Source: Thermoanaerobaculia bacterium
Lineage (GTDB): Bacteria; Acidobacteriota; Thermoanaerobaculia; UBA5066
NCBI GenBank assembly: GCA_038245905.1
Contig: JBBRRY010000001.1
Location: forward strand, 64,001-128,000
Reading direction: 5' to 3'
Length of the DNA: 64,000 nucleotides
The notes below the pieces were generated by a model. The model was not told where the DNA came from and did not search any database. It saw only the letters and a list, made by a program, of their open reading frames with translations. Of this stretch, positions 39,569-48,430 are shown one piece after another (position 1 is the stretch's first letter; each line of letters starts with the position of its first letter). The translations under genes were made by a program, and so were the position numbers.

Positions 39569-40315
39569 TTATAGCGGGTGCGATTCCGCGGGCGCCTCGC
39601 CGATGTTGAGGCCCATCGTGCCGAGGAGCCGGCTCTCGAATCGCGCGCCGCTCAGCCCCGCTTCGCCCATCAGCGTCCGCACGCCACGTTGGGCCGGGTA
39701 ACGCTCCAGCGACTCGGGAATGTAGAGATAGGTTTCGGGATCTCCGTGAAAGAGCCATCCCATGAGGGGCATGACCGTGCGCAGGAACACCTGATACAGG
39801 GCGCCCGCCACGGGGTTGTCCGGCTTTCCGAAGTCGAGGACGACGACGCGGCCCCCGGGCGAGAGGACGCGGCGCATCTCGCGGAGGGCGGCGAGCGGGT
39901 CGGCGATGTTCCGGAGGCCGTATCCGACGGTCACGGTATCGAAGGAGCAATCCGGGAACGGAAGGCGAAGGGCATCCCCTTGGGCGAATGCGCTCCGGCT
40001 TCGCACCTCGAGACGGCGGCGCGTCGCGACGCCGAGCATGGGAAGCGTGAAGTCGATCCCGGTGACGCGTGAGCCCGGGAGCGCTTTTTCCTCTGCGAGA
40101 AAGGAGAGGTCCCCCGTGCCGCAGCAAAGGTCGAGGATCCGTGTCGGATGCGTTCGTCCTTCGAGCGCGAGACGGATCGTGTCCTTCTTCCACTTCCGAT
40201 GGAGCCCGAAGCTCATGACGTCGTTCACGAGGTCGTAGCGCGCCGCCAGCCTCGAGAACATGGCCCGCACCTTAGGGGCGCGCTCGGCGTCGTACGAGAG
40301 ATACTTGTTCGCCAC
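39569..40315 (-). CDS. ubiE: UbiE/MenG family methyltransferase
   Basis: YDLVNDVMSFGLH, LDLCCGTGD, GYGLRN. Confidence 0.88.
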   Translation of the reverse strand: MANKYLSYDAERAPKVRAMFSRLAARYDLVNDVMSFGLHRKWKKDTIRLALEGRTHPTRILDLCCGTGDLSFLAEEKALPGSRVTGIDFTLPMLGVATRRRLEVRSRSAFAQGDALRLPFPDCSFDTVTVGYGLRNIADPLAALREMRRVLSPGGRVVVLDFGKPDNPVAGALYQVFLRTVMPLMGWLFHGDPETYLYIPESLERYPAQRGVRTLMGEAGLSGARFESRLLGTMGLNIGEAPAESHPL

Positions 40316-40328
40316 GGAGGGATTGTAG

Positions 40329-40964
40329 GTGGAGCGGTTTCTCTTCGACGGTCCTGCGCGCGCCGCGCGCACCCTCGTCCTCGCGCACGGCGCGGGAGCG
40401 CCGATGGATTCGCCGTTCATGGACGCCGTGTCCGCCGGAATCGCGTCCGCGGCCTTTCGCGTCGCGCGCTTCGAGTTCCCGTACATGCACGCGCGCCGGG
40501 CCGAGGGCCGCCGCAAGCCCCCCGACCGCGAGCCCGCGCTCCGAGCGGCCTGGCACGAGGCGATCGCGGCCGTCGCGGGGAAGAAGGGTCCGGCGTCGCT
40601 CGTGATTGGCGGCAAATCCATGGGCGGGCGGATCGCGAGCATGGTCGCGGACGAGGCGGGCGTCGCGGGCCTCGTCTGCCTCGGCTACCCGTTCCACCCG
40701 CCCGGGCAGCCGATGAAGCTGCGGGTGGCGCACCTCGAGCACCTGAAAACGCCGACGTTGATCGTTCAGGGGGAGCGGGATGCGTTCGGAACGCGCGCCG
40801 AGATCGCCGACTATTCCCTTTCGAAGAAAATCTCGGTCGTTCTCCTTCCGGACGGCGACCATTCCTTCAAGCCGCGGATTTCTTCGGGGCGAACCTGGGA
40901 GCAAAACCTCTCCGAAGCGGTCGCGCTCGTCACCGGGTTTCTCGAGTCTCTCCGATCCTCATGA
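40329..40964 (+). CDS. alpha/beta hydrolase (KANL3/Tex30-like)
   Basis: LAHGAGAPMDS, GGKSMGGR, LGYPFHPPG, DGDH. Confidence 0.88.
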   Translation: MERFLFDGPARAARTLVLAHGAGAPMDSPFMDAVSAGIASAAFRVARFEFPYMHARRAEGRRKPPDREPALRAAWHEAIAAVAGKKGPASLVIGGKSMGGRIASMVADEAGVAGLVCLGYPFHPPGQPMKLRVAHLEHLKTPTLIVQGERDAFGTRAEIADYSLSKKISVVLLPDGDHSFKPRISSGRTWEQNLSEAVALVTGFLESLRSS

Positions 40965-41898
40965 CCCACGCGCGGCCATCGGGGTAGCCGGCACGATTCG
41001 CGGCGGCGCGGAACCGCCCCGGCGGTTCGAACGGCGGCTCGTCCGTGAGGACGATCGTCCCCCAGTGCATCGCGACGAGAGTCTTCGCGCGGACGTCGCG
41101 GCCGAGCGAGACAGCCTCCTCCGGGTCGAGGTGCACGGCCCGCATGATCGACGCAGGCTCGTAGGCGCCGATCGGCAGGAGGGCGACGTCGAACGGGCCG
41201 TGCGTGCGTCCAAGGTCGCCGAAAACGGGGCCGTAGCCGGTGTCACCGGCGAAGTAGAGGCGGAGGGAGGGCGAGGCGATCGACCAGGAGCACCAGAGCG
41301 TCGCGTTCCGGTCGAACGGCGTCCGGCCGGAGAAGTGGATGGCAGGAAGACAAGAGAGTGAGACGGAAGAGGAAGACGAAGAGGAAGATTTTCCTAGAAG
41401 GGTGCCCTCGCCCCATCCGAGCTCGCGGACGTCCGAGAAGCGCCGCACCGTGAAGAACGATCCCAGCCCCGAAGGCACGATGGCCGCCGGCGCCCTTCCC
41501 ACTTTCAGAGAAATCTTCCTTACGGAGCTCTCATCGAGATGATCGTAGTGATTGTGAGAGACGACAACCGCATCGAGCTCCGGGAGGTCGTCCACGCCGA
41601 GGCCGGGCGGGACATAGCGCTTCGGGCCGAGACCGGGGAGCGGGCTCGCGTAGTCGGACAGGAACGGGTCGGTGAGAATCGTGAAGCCTGCCGTGCGGAT
41701 GAGGAAGCACGCGTGCCCGAGCCACGTGAGACTCTCGGGACCCGCGGAACGCAGAGCGGCAACGGCCTCCGCCCTCGGAAGGACGTGGCCGCCAGGCACG
41801 GCCGGCGGCCGCTGGGCGATGCGGCGCACGAAGAACGGGAAGAAGTCGGACGGGCCCGCGGTCTGTGCCGGGCTGCCCGGAGGATTGCGAAAGCGCAC
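40930..41898 (-). CDS. MBL-fold metallo-hydrolase (NAPE-PLD/RomA-like)
   Basis: TWLGHA, SHNHYDHLD, FAGDTGY, LPIGAY, MHWGT. Confidence 0.9.
   Translation of the reverse strand: MRFRNPPGSPAQTAGPSDFFPFFVRRIAQRPPAVPGGHVLPRAEAVAALRSAGPESLTWLGHACFLIRTAGFTILTDPFLSDYASPLPGLGPKRYVPPGLGVDDLPELDAVVVSHNHYDHLDESSVRKISLKVGRAPAAIVPSGLGSFFTVRRFSDVRELGWGEGTLLGKSSSSSSSSVSLSCLPAIHFSGRTPFDRNATLWCSWSIASPSLRLYFAGDTGYGPVFGDLGRTHGPFDVALLPIGAYEPASIMRAVHLDPEEAVSLGRDVRAKTLVAMHWGTIVLTDEPPFEPPGRFRAAANRAGYPDGRAWVMRIGETRETR
41384..41518. repeat. convergent motif pair G
   Basis: fwd GAAGATTTTCCTAGAAGG 41384-41401; rev 41501-41518 reads GAAGATTTCTCTGAAAGT. Confidence 0.82.
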
Positions 41899-41939
41899 GC
41901 GGCAGGATACCGGCGGCCCCACGGGTTAGCATCCGTTTC

Positions 41940-43034
41940 GTGCCACGGGTTCTCACGGCCGCGCTCCTCGCGGCGTCGTCCCTTTCCTTGGCGGCGCCGG
42001 AGGCGTTCGACGAGAAGGCGGCCGGCCGCTTCGCGGACCTCGCCCTGGCCTGCGTCGGAAGGGAGTATCCGAACAAGATCGCGCACGCGATGAACGGCGA
42101 CGAGGACGCGCGGCCGCCGCGGGCCCTGACGCCCGTCTTCTTCGGCTGCTACGACTGGCATTCCGCCGTGCACGGCCACTGGCTCCTCGCACGGGTCGCC
42201 CGGACGTTCCCTCGGGCACCGTTCGCGCCGCGGGCGCGGGCGGCGTTGCGCGCGTCGTTCACGCCGGAAAAGGTGGCGGGAGAGGTCGCTTACCTGTCGG
42301 CCCCCGGGCGCGCGACGTTCGAACGGCCCTACGGGCTCGCGTGGCTCCTCCAGCTCTCCGCCGAGCTGCGCGGCTGGGATGATCCCGAGGCGGCGGTCTG
42401 GGCGAAGACGCTCGAGCCCCTCGAGCGCGCCGCGGCGAAGCGTCTCGCGGATTGGCTCCCGAAGCTCGCGTACCCGATCCGCGAGGGCGAGCACGCGCAG
42501 ACGGCCTTCGCGTTCGGGCTCGTCCTCGACTGGGCGCGCGCCTCTGGGGATGCCGCGATGGAGCGTCTCGTGTCGGCGCGGACCCGCGACCTCTATGCGA
42601 AGGACCGCGCCTGCCCGATCGGCTACGAACCGTCCGGGCAGGACTTCCTGTCTCCCTGCCTCGCGGAAGCCGACCTGATGCGCCGTCTCCTCGCCCCGCC
42701 GGCCTTCGCGGGCTGGCTCTTCGGCTTCCTGCCCGGAGTCCCCGGCGACGGCGGGGCGGCGTGGCTGCCGGTTGGCACCGTCACGGATCCCACGGACGGC
42801 AAGCTCGCACACCTCGACGGCCTGAACCTCTCCCGGGCGTGGATGCTCGATGGCATCATCACCGGCCTGCCCGCGAAGGACGGGCGCCTGCCTGCGCTGC
42901 GCGCGGCGCGTGAGGCGCACGCGGCGGCGGGCCTTGCATCCGTGACGGGCGTCCACTACGAGGGCGGGCACTGGCTCGGCACGTTTGCGGCGTACCTCGC
43001 AACCCGTCGCGGCCTGCCGGAGGCCGCTCCGTGA
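41940..43034 (+). CDS. DUF2891 family protein
   Basis: REYPNK, FFGCYDWHSAVHGHW, FERPYG.AW, HLDGLNLSRAW. Confidence 0.85.
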   Translation: MPRVLTAALLAASSLSLAAPEAFDEKAAGRFADLALACVGREYPNKIAHAMNGDEDARPPRALTPVFFGCYDWHSAVHGHWLLARVARTFPRAPFAPRARAALRASFTPEKVAGEVAYLSAPGRATFERPYGLAWLLQLSAELRGWDDPEAAVWAKTLEPLERAAAKRLADWLPKLAYPIREGEHAQTAFAFGLVLDWARASGDAAMERLVSARTRDLYAKDRACPIGYEPSGQDFLSPCLAEADLMRRLLAPPAFAGWLFGFLPGVPGDGGAAWLPVGTVTDPTDGKLAHLDGLNLSRAWMLDGIITGLPAKDGRLPALRAAREAHAAAGLASVTGVHYEGGHWLGTFAAYLATRRGLPEAAP

Positions 43035-43786
43035 CGCCCGGGACCGGGGCCCTCCTCTTCGGCTCGGCCGTCGCAGCCGGGATCATGAACGCGCTCGCGG
43101 GCGGCGGAACGATCCTGACCTTTCCGGCGCTCCTGCTCGCCGGGGTGCCCGCGATCCAGGCGAACGCGACGTCGACGGTGGCGCTCGTCCCGGGCGCGCT
43201 TTCGAGCCTGGCCGGTTACCGGCGCGAGGTCCTCACGCATCGCGAATGGTTCCGGCGCCTCCTCGTCCCGAGCCTCCTCGGCGGAGCCGTCGGGTCCGTC
43301 GCGCTCCTCCTGACGCCCGAAAAGACGTTCGCCCGCCTCGCGCCGTACCTCGTTCTTTTCGCGACCCTCCTCTTCATGTTCCAGATCGCATGGTCCCGGC
43401 GGCAGCCCGGGTCCGCGGGCCCGAGGACGACGTGGGGCGCCGCCGCCGTCGCGCAGTTCTTCGTCGCGATCTACGGGGGGTACTTCGGCGCCGGAGTCGG
43501 GATCCTGATGCTCGTGATCCTCGGATTTCTCGGCCTCGAGGACATCCACGCCATGAACGGGCTCAAGAACTTCTTCGGGATCTGCATCAACGGCGTCGCG
43601 TCCGCATGGTTCATCTTCCGCGGCGTCGTGATCTGGCCGCTCGCCCTCCTCATGATGGCCGGCGCGATCGCGGGCGGCTGGGTCGGCGCTCTTTTCGCGC
43701 GGCGAATCGGCAAGGAGAAGGCGCGCATCGCCGTCGTCGTAATCGGTCTCGGAATCACCGTCGTCCTCTTCCTTCAACGCCACTGA
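43031..43786 (+). CDS. TauE/SafE family permease
   Basis: NALAGGG, YGGYFGAG.G, multi-TM. Confidence 0.88.
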   Translation: MTPGTGALLFGSAVAAGIMNALAGGGTILTFPALLLAGVPAIQANATSTVALVPGALSSLAGYRREVLTHREWFRRLLVPSLLGGAVGSVALLLTPEKTFARLAPYLVLFATLLFMFQIAWSRRQPGSAGPRTTWGAAAVAQFFVAIYGGYFGAGVGILMLVILGFLGLEDIHAMNGLKNFFGICINGVASAWFIFRGVVIWPLALLMMAGAIAGGWVGALFARRIGKEKARIAVVVIGLGITVVLFLQRH

Positions 43787-43827
43787 ACACGAGCCGGGCA
43801 GAATGCCGGCCCGAAAGGAGACATCAC

Positions 43828-44253
43828 ATGCCGGCACGTACCGCCAGCGCCGTCTGGACCGGAGACCTCAAGAGCGGAAAGGGCACGATGAAGCTCGGGA
43901 GCGGAGCCTGGGAAGGCGCGTTCTCGTTCCAGTCGCGGTTCGAGGAAGGGACCGGGACGAATCCGGAGGAGCTCGCGGGAGCCGCCCACGCAGGCTGCTT
44001 CTCGATGGCGTTCTCGAACGAGCTCTCCAAGGCGGGTTTCGTCCCGACGCGCGTCGCGACGACCGCAAAGGTCCACCTCGAAAAGGGCGAGGCGGGGTTC
44101 GCGATCTCGCGGATCGACCTCGCCTGCGAAGCGCAGGTCCCGGGGATCGACAACGCGAAGTTCCAGGAGGTCGCCGCGGCCGCCAAGAAGGGCTGCCCGA
44201 TCTCGAAGCTCTTCACGGGGGCCCAGATCAACCTCGAGGCGAAGCTGGGTTAG
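43828..44253 (+). CDS. osmC: OsmC peroxiredoxin
   Basis: TNPEEL..AAHAGCFSMA, CPISK; AAGGAG RBS. Confidence 0.92.
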   Translation: MPARTASAVWTGDLKSGKGTMKLGSGAWEGAFSFQSRFEEGTGTNPEELAGAAHAGCFSMAFSNELSKAGFVPTRVATTAKVHLEKGEAGFAISRIDLACEAQVPGIDNAKFQEVAAAAKKGCPISKLFTGAQINLEAKLG

Positions 44254-44260
44254 GGGGAGA

Positions 44261-44405
44261 GAAGATTCCTAGAAGGTGAAGAGAGCAGGGGAGGGCGCCG
44301 AAACAATCGGCGCCTTCCGTGCGTACGGGGACCAAACGACTGATCAACAGGAGGCCCGAATGATGAAAGCGCGCCGCAGTATTCTTACCTTCGCAGGAAT
44401 TCTTT
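44261..44405. repeat. convergent motif pair H
   Basis: fwd GAAGATTCCTAGAAGG 44261-44276 (intergenic); rev 44388-44405 reads AAAGAATTCCTGCGAAGG. Confidence 0.68.
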
Positions 44406-44977
44406 CTCTCCTGCTCTCTTCAGCCGCCTTTTCCGACGACAAGGCGGCAAGCAAGCCCGCCGCGCCGAACCAGGACGAGATGATGAAGGCCTGGATCGCG
44501 TTCGCGACGCCCGGGGCGTCGCACAAGACGCTCGAGGCGATGGCCGGATCGTGGGACGTGAAGACGACGATGTGGATGGCGCCGGGTGCTCCCCCCCAGG
44601 AGACGCGCGGGACGTCGGAGAACAAGATGATCCTGGGCGGCCGCTACCTCGAGCAGCACTACGAGGGCTCGATGATGGGGCAGCCGTTCAGCGGGATCGG
44701 CGTGACGGGCTTCGACAACTACAAGAAGAAGTTCGTCTCCACATGGGTGGATTCGATGTCGACCGCCGTCATGGTCACGGCGGGGACGTCCGACAAGAGC
44801 GGCAAGGTCATCACGTCCTGGGGCACGATGAACGACGTCTCCGAAAAGAGGGCGATGAAGGTCAAAACAGTTGTCACGTTCGTCGACGCCGACCATCACA
44901 CGTACGACTCGTGGCACACGAATGCCGGCGGCAAATTCGTCAAGGACCTCGAGATCCACTACACGCGAAAAAAGTAG
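44360..44977 (+). CDS. DUF1579 family exported protein
   Basis: TPG..H..L...AGSW, GGRYL, GFDN.KKKFVSTWVDSMST. Confidence 0.8.
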   Translation: MMKARRSILTFAGILSLLLSSAAFSDDKAASKPAAPNQDEMMKAWIAFATPGASHKTLEAMAGSWDVKTTMWMAPGAPPQETRGTSENKMILGGRYLEQHYEGSMMGQPFSGIGVTGFDNYKKKFVSTWVDSMSTAVMVTAGTSDKSGKVITSWGTMNDVSEKRAMKVKTVVTFVDADHHTYDSWHTNAGGKFVKDLEIHYTRKK

Positions 44978-46702
44978 TCAGAGCCTCTTCAGGGCCTCGA
45001 GCGCCGGCTCGAGCGCTTGCCGCCGCCTGAAGAAGTCGGCCCATGGGTCGCTCTTCTGCAGGCGCGCGGCGAAGTTCCCGATCGTGAAGTCCTCGGCCTG
45101 GAGCGACGGCTTCACCTCGCTCCACGCGAGCGGCGTCGAGACGGGCGCGTGGGGGCGGCGCCTCACGGAGTAGGGCGAAACGACGGTCTGCCCGAACGCG
45201 TTCCGGAAGGAGTCGAGGAAGACGCGCCCCTTGCGGGCCGCGACGCGCATCTCCATCGTCAGGTTCTTCGGCCAGGCCGCCGCGAGACGCGTCCCGAGCG
45301 TCTTCGCGAACCACGTGACCTCCTCGGTGCCGGGGCCGCGCACGATCGGGACGAAGACGTGGAGACCCTTGCCTCCGGAGGTCTTCACATACGAGACGAG
45401 CTCGAGGGCGTCGAGCGCCTGCTTGACCTTCAGGGCGGCGGCCACGGCGTCGGCGATCAGGCCCGAGTCCGGGTCGAGGTCGAAGCAGACCCAGTCGGGC
45501 TTGTCGAGCTCGTCGGCGCGGCTGCCCCAGACGTGAACGGCGATGCACCCGAGGTTCGCGAGCGCGAGCTGCGTCTCGAGCGCCCCGCCCACGACCGTGT
45601 TCGTCACCTTCCGGTCCTTGCCGTGCCGCACGACCACCGTCGGAGTGCCGGGAGGCATGCTGGAGGGCTTCTCTTTCTGGTAGAAGCACTCGCCGCCGAG
45701 CCCGTCCGGGCAGCGCTCGAGGGAGAGCGGCCGGTCCTCGACCCACGGCCTCAGTTTGCCGAACACGTCCGCGTAGAACGCGACGAGATCGCCCTTCGTC
45801 CACCCTTCCTCGGGCCAGAAGACCTTGCGGGCGTTGGAGACAGGGACCGGGAAGACGGGGGAAGAAGAGGAAGATTTCTTAGAAGGTGAAGAGGGGAGGG
45901 GAGCCGCGGGTGCGCGCGTCGACTTCGGGCCACGCGCCGCCGCCGCTTTTCTTCCTTTCAAAGAAATCTTCTCTTCGTGCTCTTCGGACCGGGCCCCGCG
46001 GGGCCGCGAGTGCCAGACCGCGGGCTTCGCCCGCTGCGTGCGCTGGAGGAGCTTCGGGTTTGCGAGGAGCTTCTCGACCTCGGCGACGGGATCGCCCGTC
46101 GAGGCCTTCTCGACGTCGCCGCCCTCGTCGATCGCGATCTGGGTCAGGAGCCGATTTGAGACGACGGAGCGCGGGCGCGTCTCGGCCACGTCCTCGTCGG
46201 ACGCGAAGTCGTCGCGGTGCTTGATGAGGAGCCACGAGGGCTTCGACGAGCCGCCCCAGCCCTTCGTACGGACGAGGACCCAGGACCCCTTCAGCTTCTC
46301 GCCGTGGAGCGTGAACTTGAGATCTCCCTTCTTTAGCGCGGCGTCGACGTCAGGTGACTCCGGTGTCCAGGTGCCGCGATCCCAGACCATGACCGTCCCG
46401 CCGCCGTATTCGGCGACGGGGATGATCCCCTCGAAGGCGGCGTACTCCTGGGGGTGGTCCTCGACGTGGGAGGCCATGCGCTTGACGGCGGGATCGAGCG
46501 ACGGTCCCTTCGGTATGGCCCACGAGAGGAGCACTCCGTTCCACTCGAGTCGGAAGTCGTAGTGGAGGGCCGTCGCCCGGTGCTTCTGGACGACGTAGGC
46601 GAGAACCCGGCGCGCCGCGCGGCGCTTCGCGGGTGTCTTCGCGCCCGCGGGCTCCTTCGTCACGCCAAAGCGGCGTTTCCGGCGATATTCCTCGAGGGCC
46701 AT
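44978..46702 (-). CDS. LigD 3'-phosphoesterase + polymerase/primase fusion (no ligase domain)
   Basis: QKHRATALHYDFRLE, SWAIPKGPS; CFDLDP, KTSGGKGLH, VSPYSVR. Confidence 0.88.
   Translation of the reverse strand: MALEEYRRKRRFGVTKEPAGAKTPAKRRAARRVLAYVVQKHRATALHYDFRLEWNGVLLSWAIPKGPSLDPAVKRMASHVEDHPQEYAAFEGIIPVAEYGGGTVMVWDRGTWTPESPDVDAALKKGDLKFTLHGEKLKGSWVLVRTKGWGGSSKPSWLLIKHRDDFASDEDVAETRPRSVVSNRLLTQIAIDEGGDVEKASTGDPVAEVEKLLANPKLLQRTQRAKPAVWHSRPRGARSEEHEEKISLKGRKAAAARGPKSTRAPAAPLPSSPSKKSSSSSPVFPVPVSNARKVFWPEEGWTKGDLVAFYADVFGKLRPWVEDRPLSLERCPDGLGGECFYQKEKPSSMPPGTPTVVVRHGKDRKVTNTVVGGALETQLALANLGCIAVHVWGSRADELDKPDWVCFDLDPDSGLIADAVAAALKVKQALDALELVSYVKTSGGKGLHVFVPIVRGPGTEEVTWFAKTLGTRLAAAWPKNLTMEMRVAARKGRVFLDSFRNAFGQTVVSPYSVRRRPHAPVSTPLAWSEVKPSLQAEDFTIGNFAARLQKSDPWADFFRRRQALEPALEALKRL
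45870..45971. repeat. convergent motif pair I
   Basis: fwd GAAGATTTCTTAGAAGG 45870-45886; rev 45954-45971 reads GAAGATTTCTTTGAAAGG. Confidence 0.88.
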
Positions 46703-46752
46703 CGCCGCGACGATACGGGGCGGAGCGTCCGGATTCCAGCGTTGGCCGCGCG

Positions 46753-47706
46753 TCAGACCGCCGGGGTGGTCTGCCAGCGCGTGCTGCGATCCCAGAGATC
46801 CGACTCGAGGTCCTCCGCCTCCGAGTGAAACTCCTGCCCTGTCCCCTCGGTCAGGAAGCGGCCGAGGCTCTTGATGACGCTGGGCTCGCGCAGGATGCGG
46901 CGGTGCCCGAGCCCCGACGTGGCGTGGAGGCGCGAGCCGGGCCACGAGCGCAGGATCTCCTCCGCATCGGCAAACGGGACTTCGGCGTCGTCGCGATCGT
47001 GCACGACGAGGGCGGGGATGTGCCCGAGCGAGGAGACCGCCCTCCCGATATTCGCCTCGGCCCAGCGGAATGCGAACTTGCGCTCGATCCGGGCCATCGT
47101 CGCGGCGCGTCTGACGTCGTCGAATCCCACGATGTCAAGGAACCAGCGGAAGAAGTCGGTCGGGTCCGCTGCCGCCCCGATGAGGACGACGCGCTCGGCC
47201 GGCGCGCCTCCGGTGCACGCGATCACCGTTGCGGCGCCGCCGAGGGAGTGTCCGACGATCGCCCGAACCCGGCCCTCACGGCGGGCCAGCACGTCGATCA
47301 GTGCCGCGAATTCGAGCAGATCCGATCGTTTGCCCTGACTGCGACCGTGGCCGGGAGCGTCCCAGGTCAGGACCGAGAACCCCGCGGAGACGAAGGGCTC
47401 AACGAAGGCCGTAAGCTGCCCGCCTCGGCCCGACCAGCCATGGGCGAGGAGGATCGTCGGGCCATGGCCCCAGCGCCAGATTGCGATGCGCTTGCTACGG
47501 AACTCGATCCACTCGCGGGCCCCGGTCCTCAGGACCGCACGCTCCCGGGCAGGTGGGCGGCGCCGTGCGGGCGTGAAGAAAAGACGCTCTGCGGCCCGGG
47601 AAGCCAGCGCAGGGCTGACCGCCCCGAGGAGGCGAACCGACGGGATCAGGAGCCGTCGGGAAAGGGGAGCGGGTCGTCGCGATGGGGGGGCGATGGTGTG
47701 CGACAA
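46753..47706 (-). CDS. alpha/beta hydrolase
   Basis: HGWSG, DAPGHG, GHSLG, HDRDD, GLGH. Confidence 0.88.
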   Translation of the reverse strand: MSHTIAPPSRRPAPLSRRLLIPSVRLLGAVSPALASRAAERLFFTPARRRPPARERAVLRTGAREWIEFRSKRIAIWRWGHGPTILLAHGWSGRGGQLTAFVEPFVSAGFSVLTWDAPGHGRSQGKRSDLLEFAALIDVLARREGRVRAIVGHSLGGAATVIACTGGAPAERVVLIGAAADPTDFFRWFLDIVGFDDVRRAATMARIERKFAFRWAEANIGRAVSSLGHIPALVVHDRDDAEVPFADAEEILRSWPGSRLHATSGLGHRRILREPSVIKSLGRFLTEGTGQEFHSEAEDLESDLWDRSTRWQTTPAV

Positions 47707-47721
47707 ATTGCCCTCCGGGCG

Positions 47722-48321
47722 TCAGGCCTGTGGAACCCTCGCGGCCATTACGAGATTCTCGAAAGCGGCTCGGGCGCGGTGGCCCGCGTCCGGGTCTCCG
47801 AGGAGACGATGGGAGAAAAAACACGAAAGCATGACGCCGTAGAGGTCCTGTGCGAACTGTTCAGGCTCGACCTCCGCGCGGAAGTGCCCCTCAGCGACAG
47901 CGGCTCGAACCACGTTGGCAAGCAGCGCGAGCCACTGCCGCTGTTGCGCGACGAGATGCTCGCGGGCGGCTCCGGGTTGATCGTCGAGCTCCGCGGCCGC
48001 CGCCACGAAGAGACAGCCCCCGGGCATGCCGCTCTTCTTCGGCCAGTCCATCCAGAGCCGGAAAGCGGCGCGGATACGTGGCTCTCCGCGGGGAGCTGCG
48101 AGCGCCGGCCGGATCACAAGGTCCGCAAAGCGGACAGCGGCGTGCTCCAGCGTCTGGATCTGGAGCGACTCCTTGGACCGGAAATGGGCAAAGACGCCGC
48201 TCTTCGAGAGAGCCGTCTCCTCGGCGAGACGTCCGATCGTGAGCCCGTCCAGGCCCACTGTGCTCGCGAGCGAAACGGAGTGGTCCAGGATCGCCTGCCG
48301 CGTGACGTCTCCCTTACTCAT
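47722..48321 (-). CDS. TetR/AcrR family regulator
   Basis: LTIGRLA....SKSGVFAHF.SKE HTH. Confidence 0.92.
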   Translation of the reverse strand: MSKGDVTRQAILDHSVSLASTVGLDGLTIGRLAEETALSKSGVFAHFRSKESLQIQTLEHAAVRFADLVIRPALAAPRGEPRIRAAFRLWMDWPKKSGMPGGCLFVAAAAELDDQPGAAREHLVAQQRQWLALLANVVRAAVAEGHFRAEVEPEQFAQDLYGVMLSCFFSHRLLGDPDAGHRARAAFENLVMAARVPQA

Positions 48322-48327
48322 TGCAGA

Positions 48328-48356
48328 ATAATAGTACGATCGTTCGTCTCTGTCAA
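48328..48356 (-). promoter_or_regulatory. sigma70 promoter of tetR with internal palindromic operator
   Basis: TTGACA-17 nt-TATTAT on minus strand, 6 nt before ATG; dyad GTACGATCGTTC at 48334-48345. Confidence 0.75.
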
Positions 48357-48430
48357 GGCGGCGCGGACACGCCCGAGAGAACGTCGGGAAGAGGACCCGA
48401 TCCGCTTAAACTTCGGTACTTTCCCCTGAG

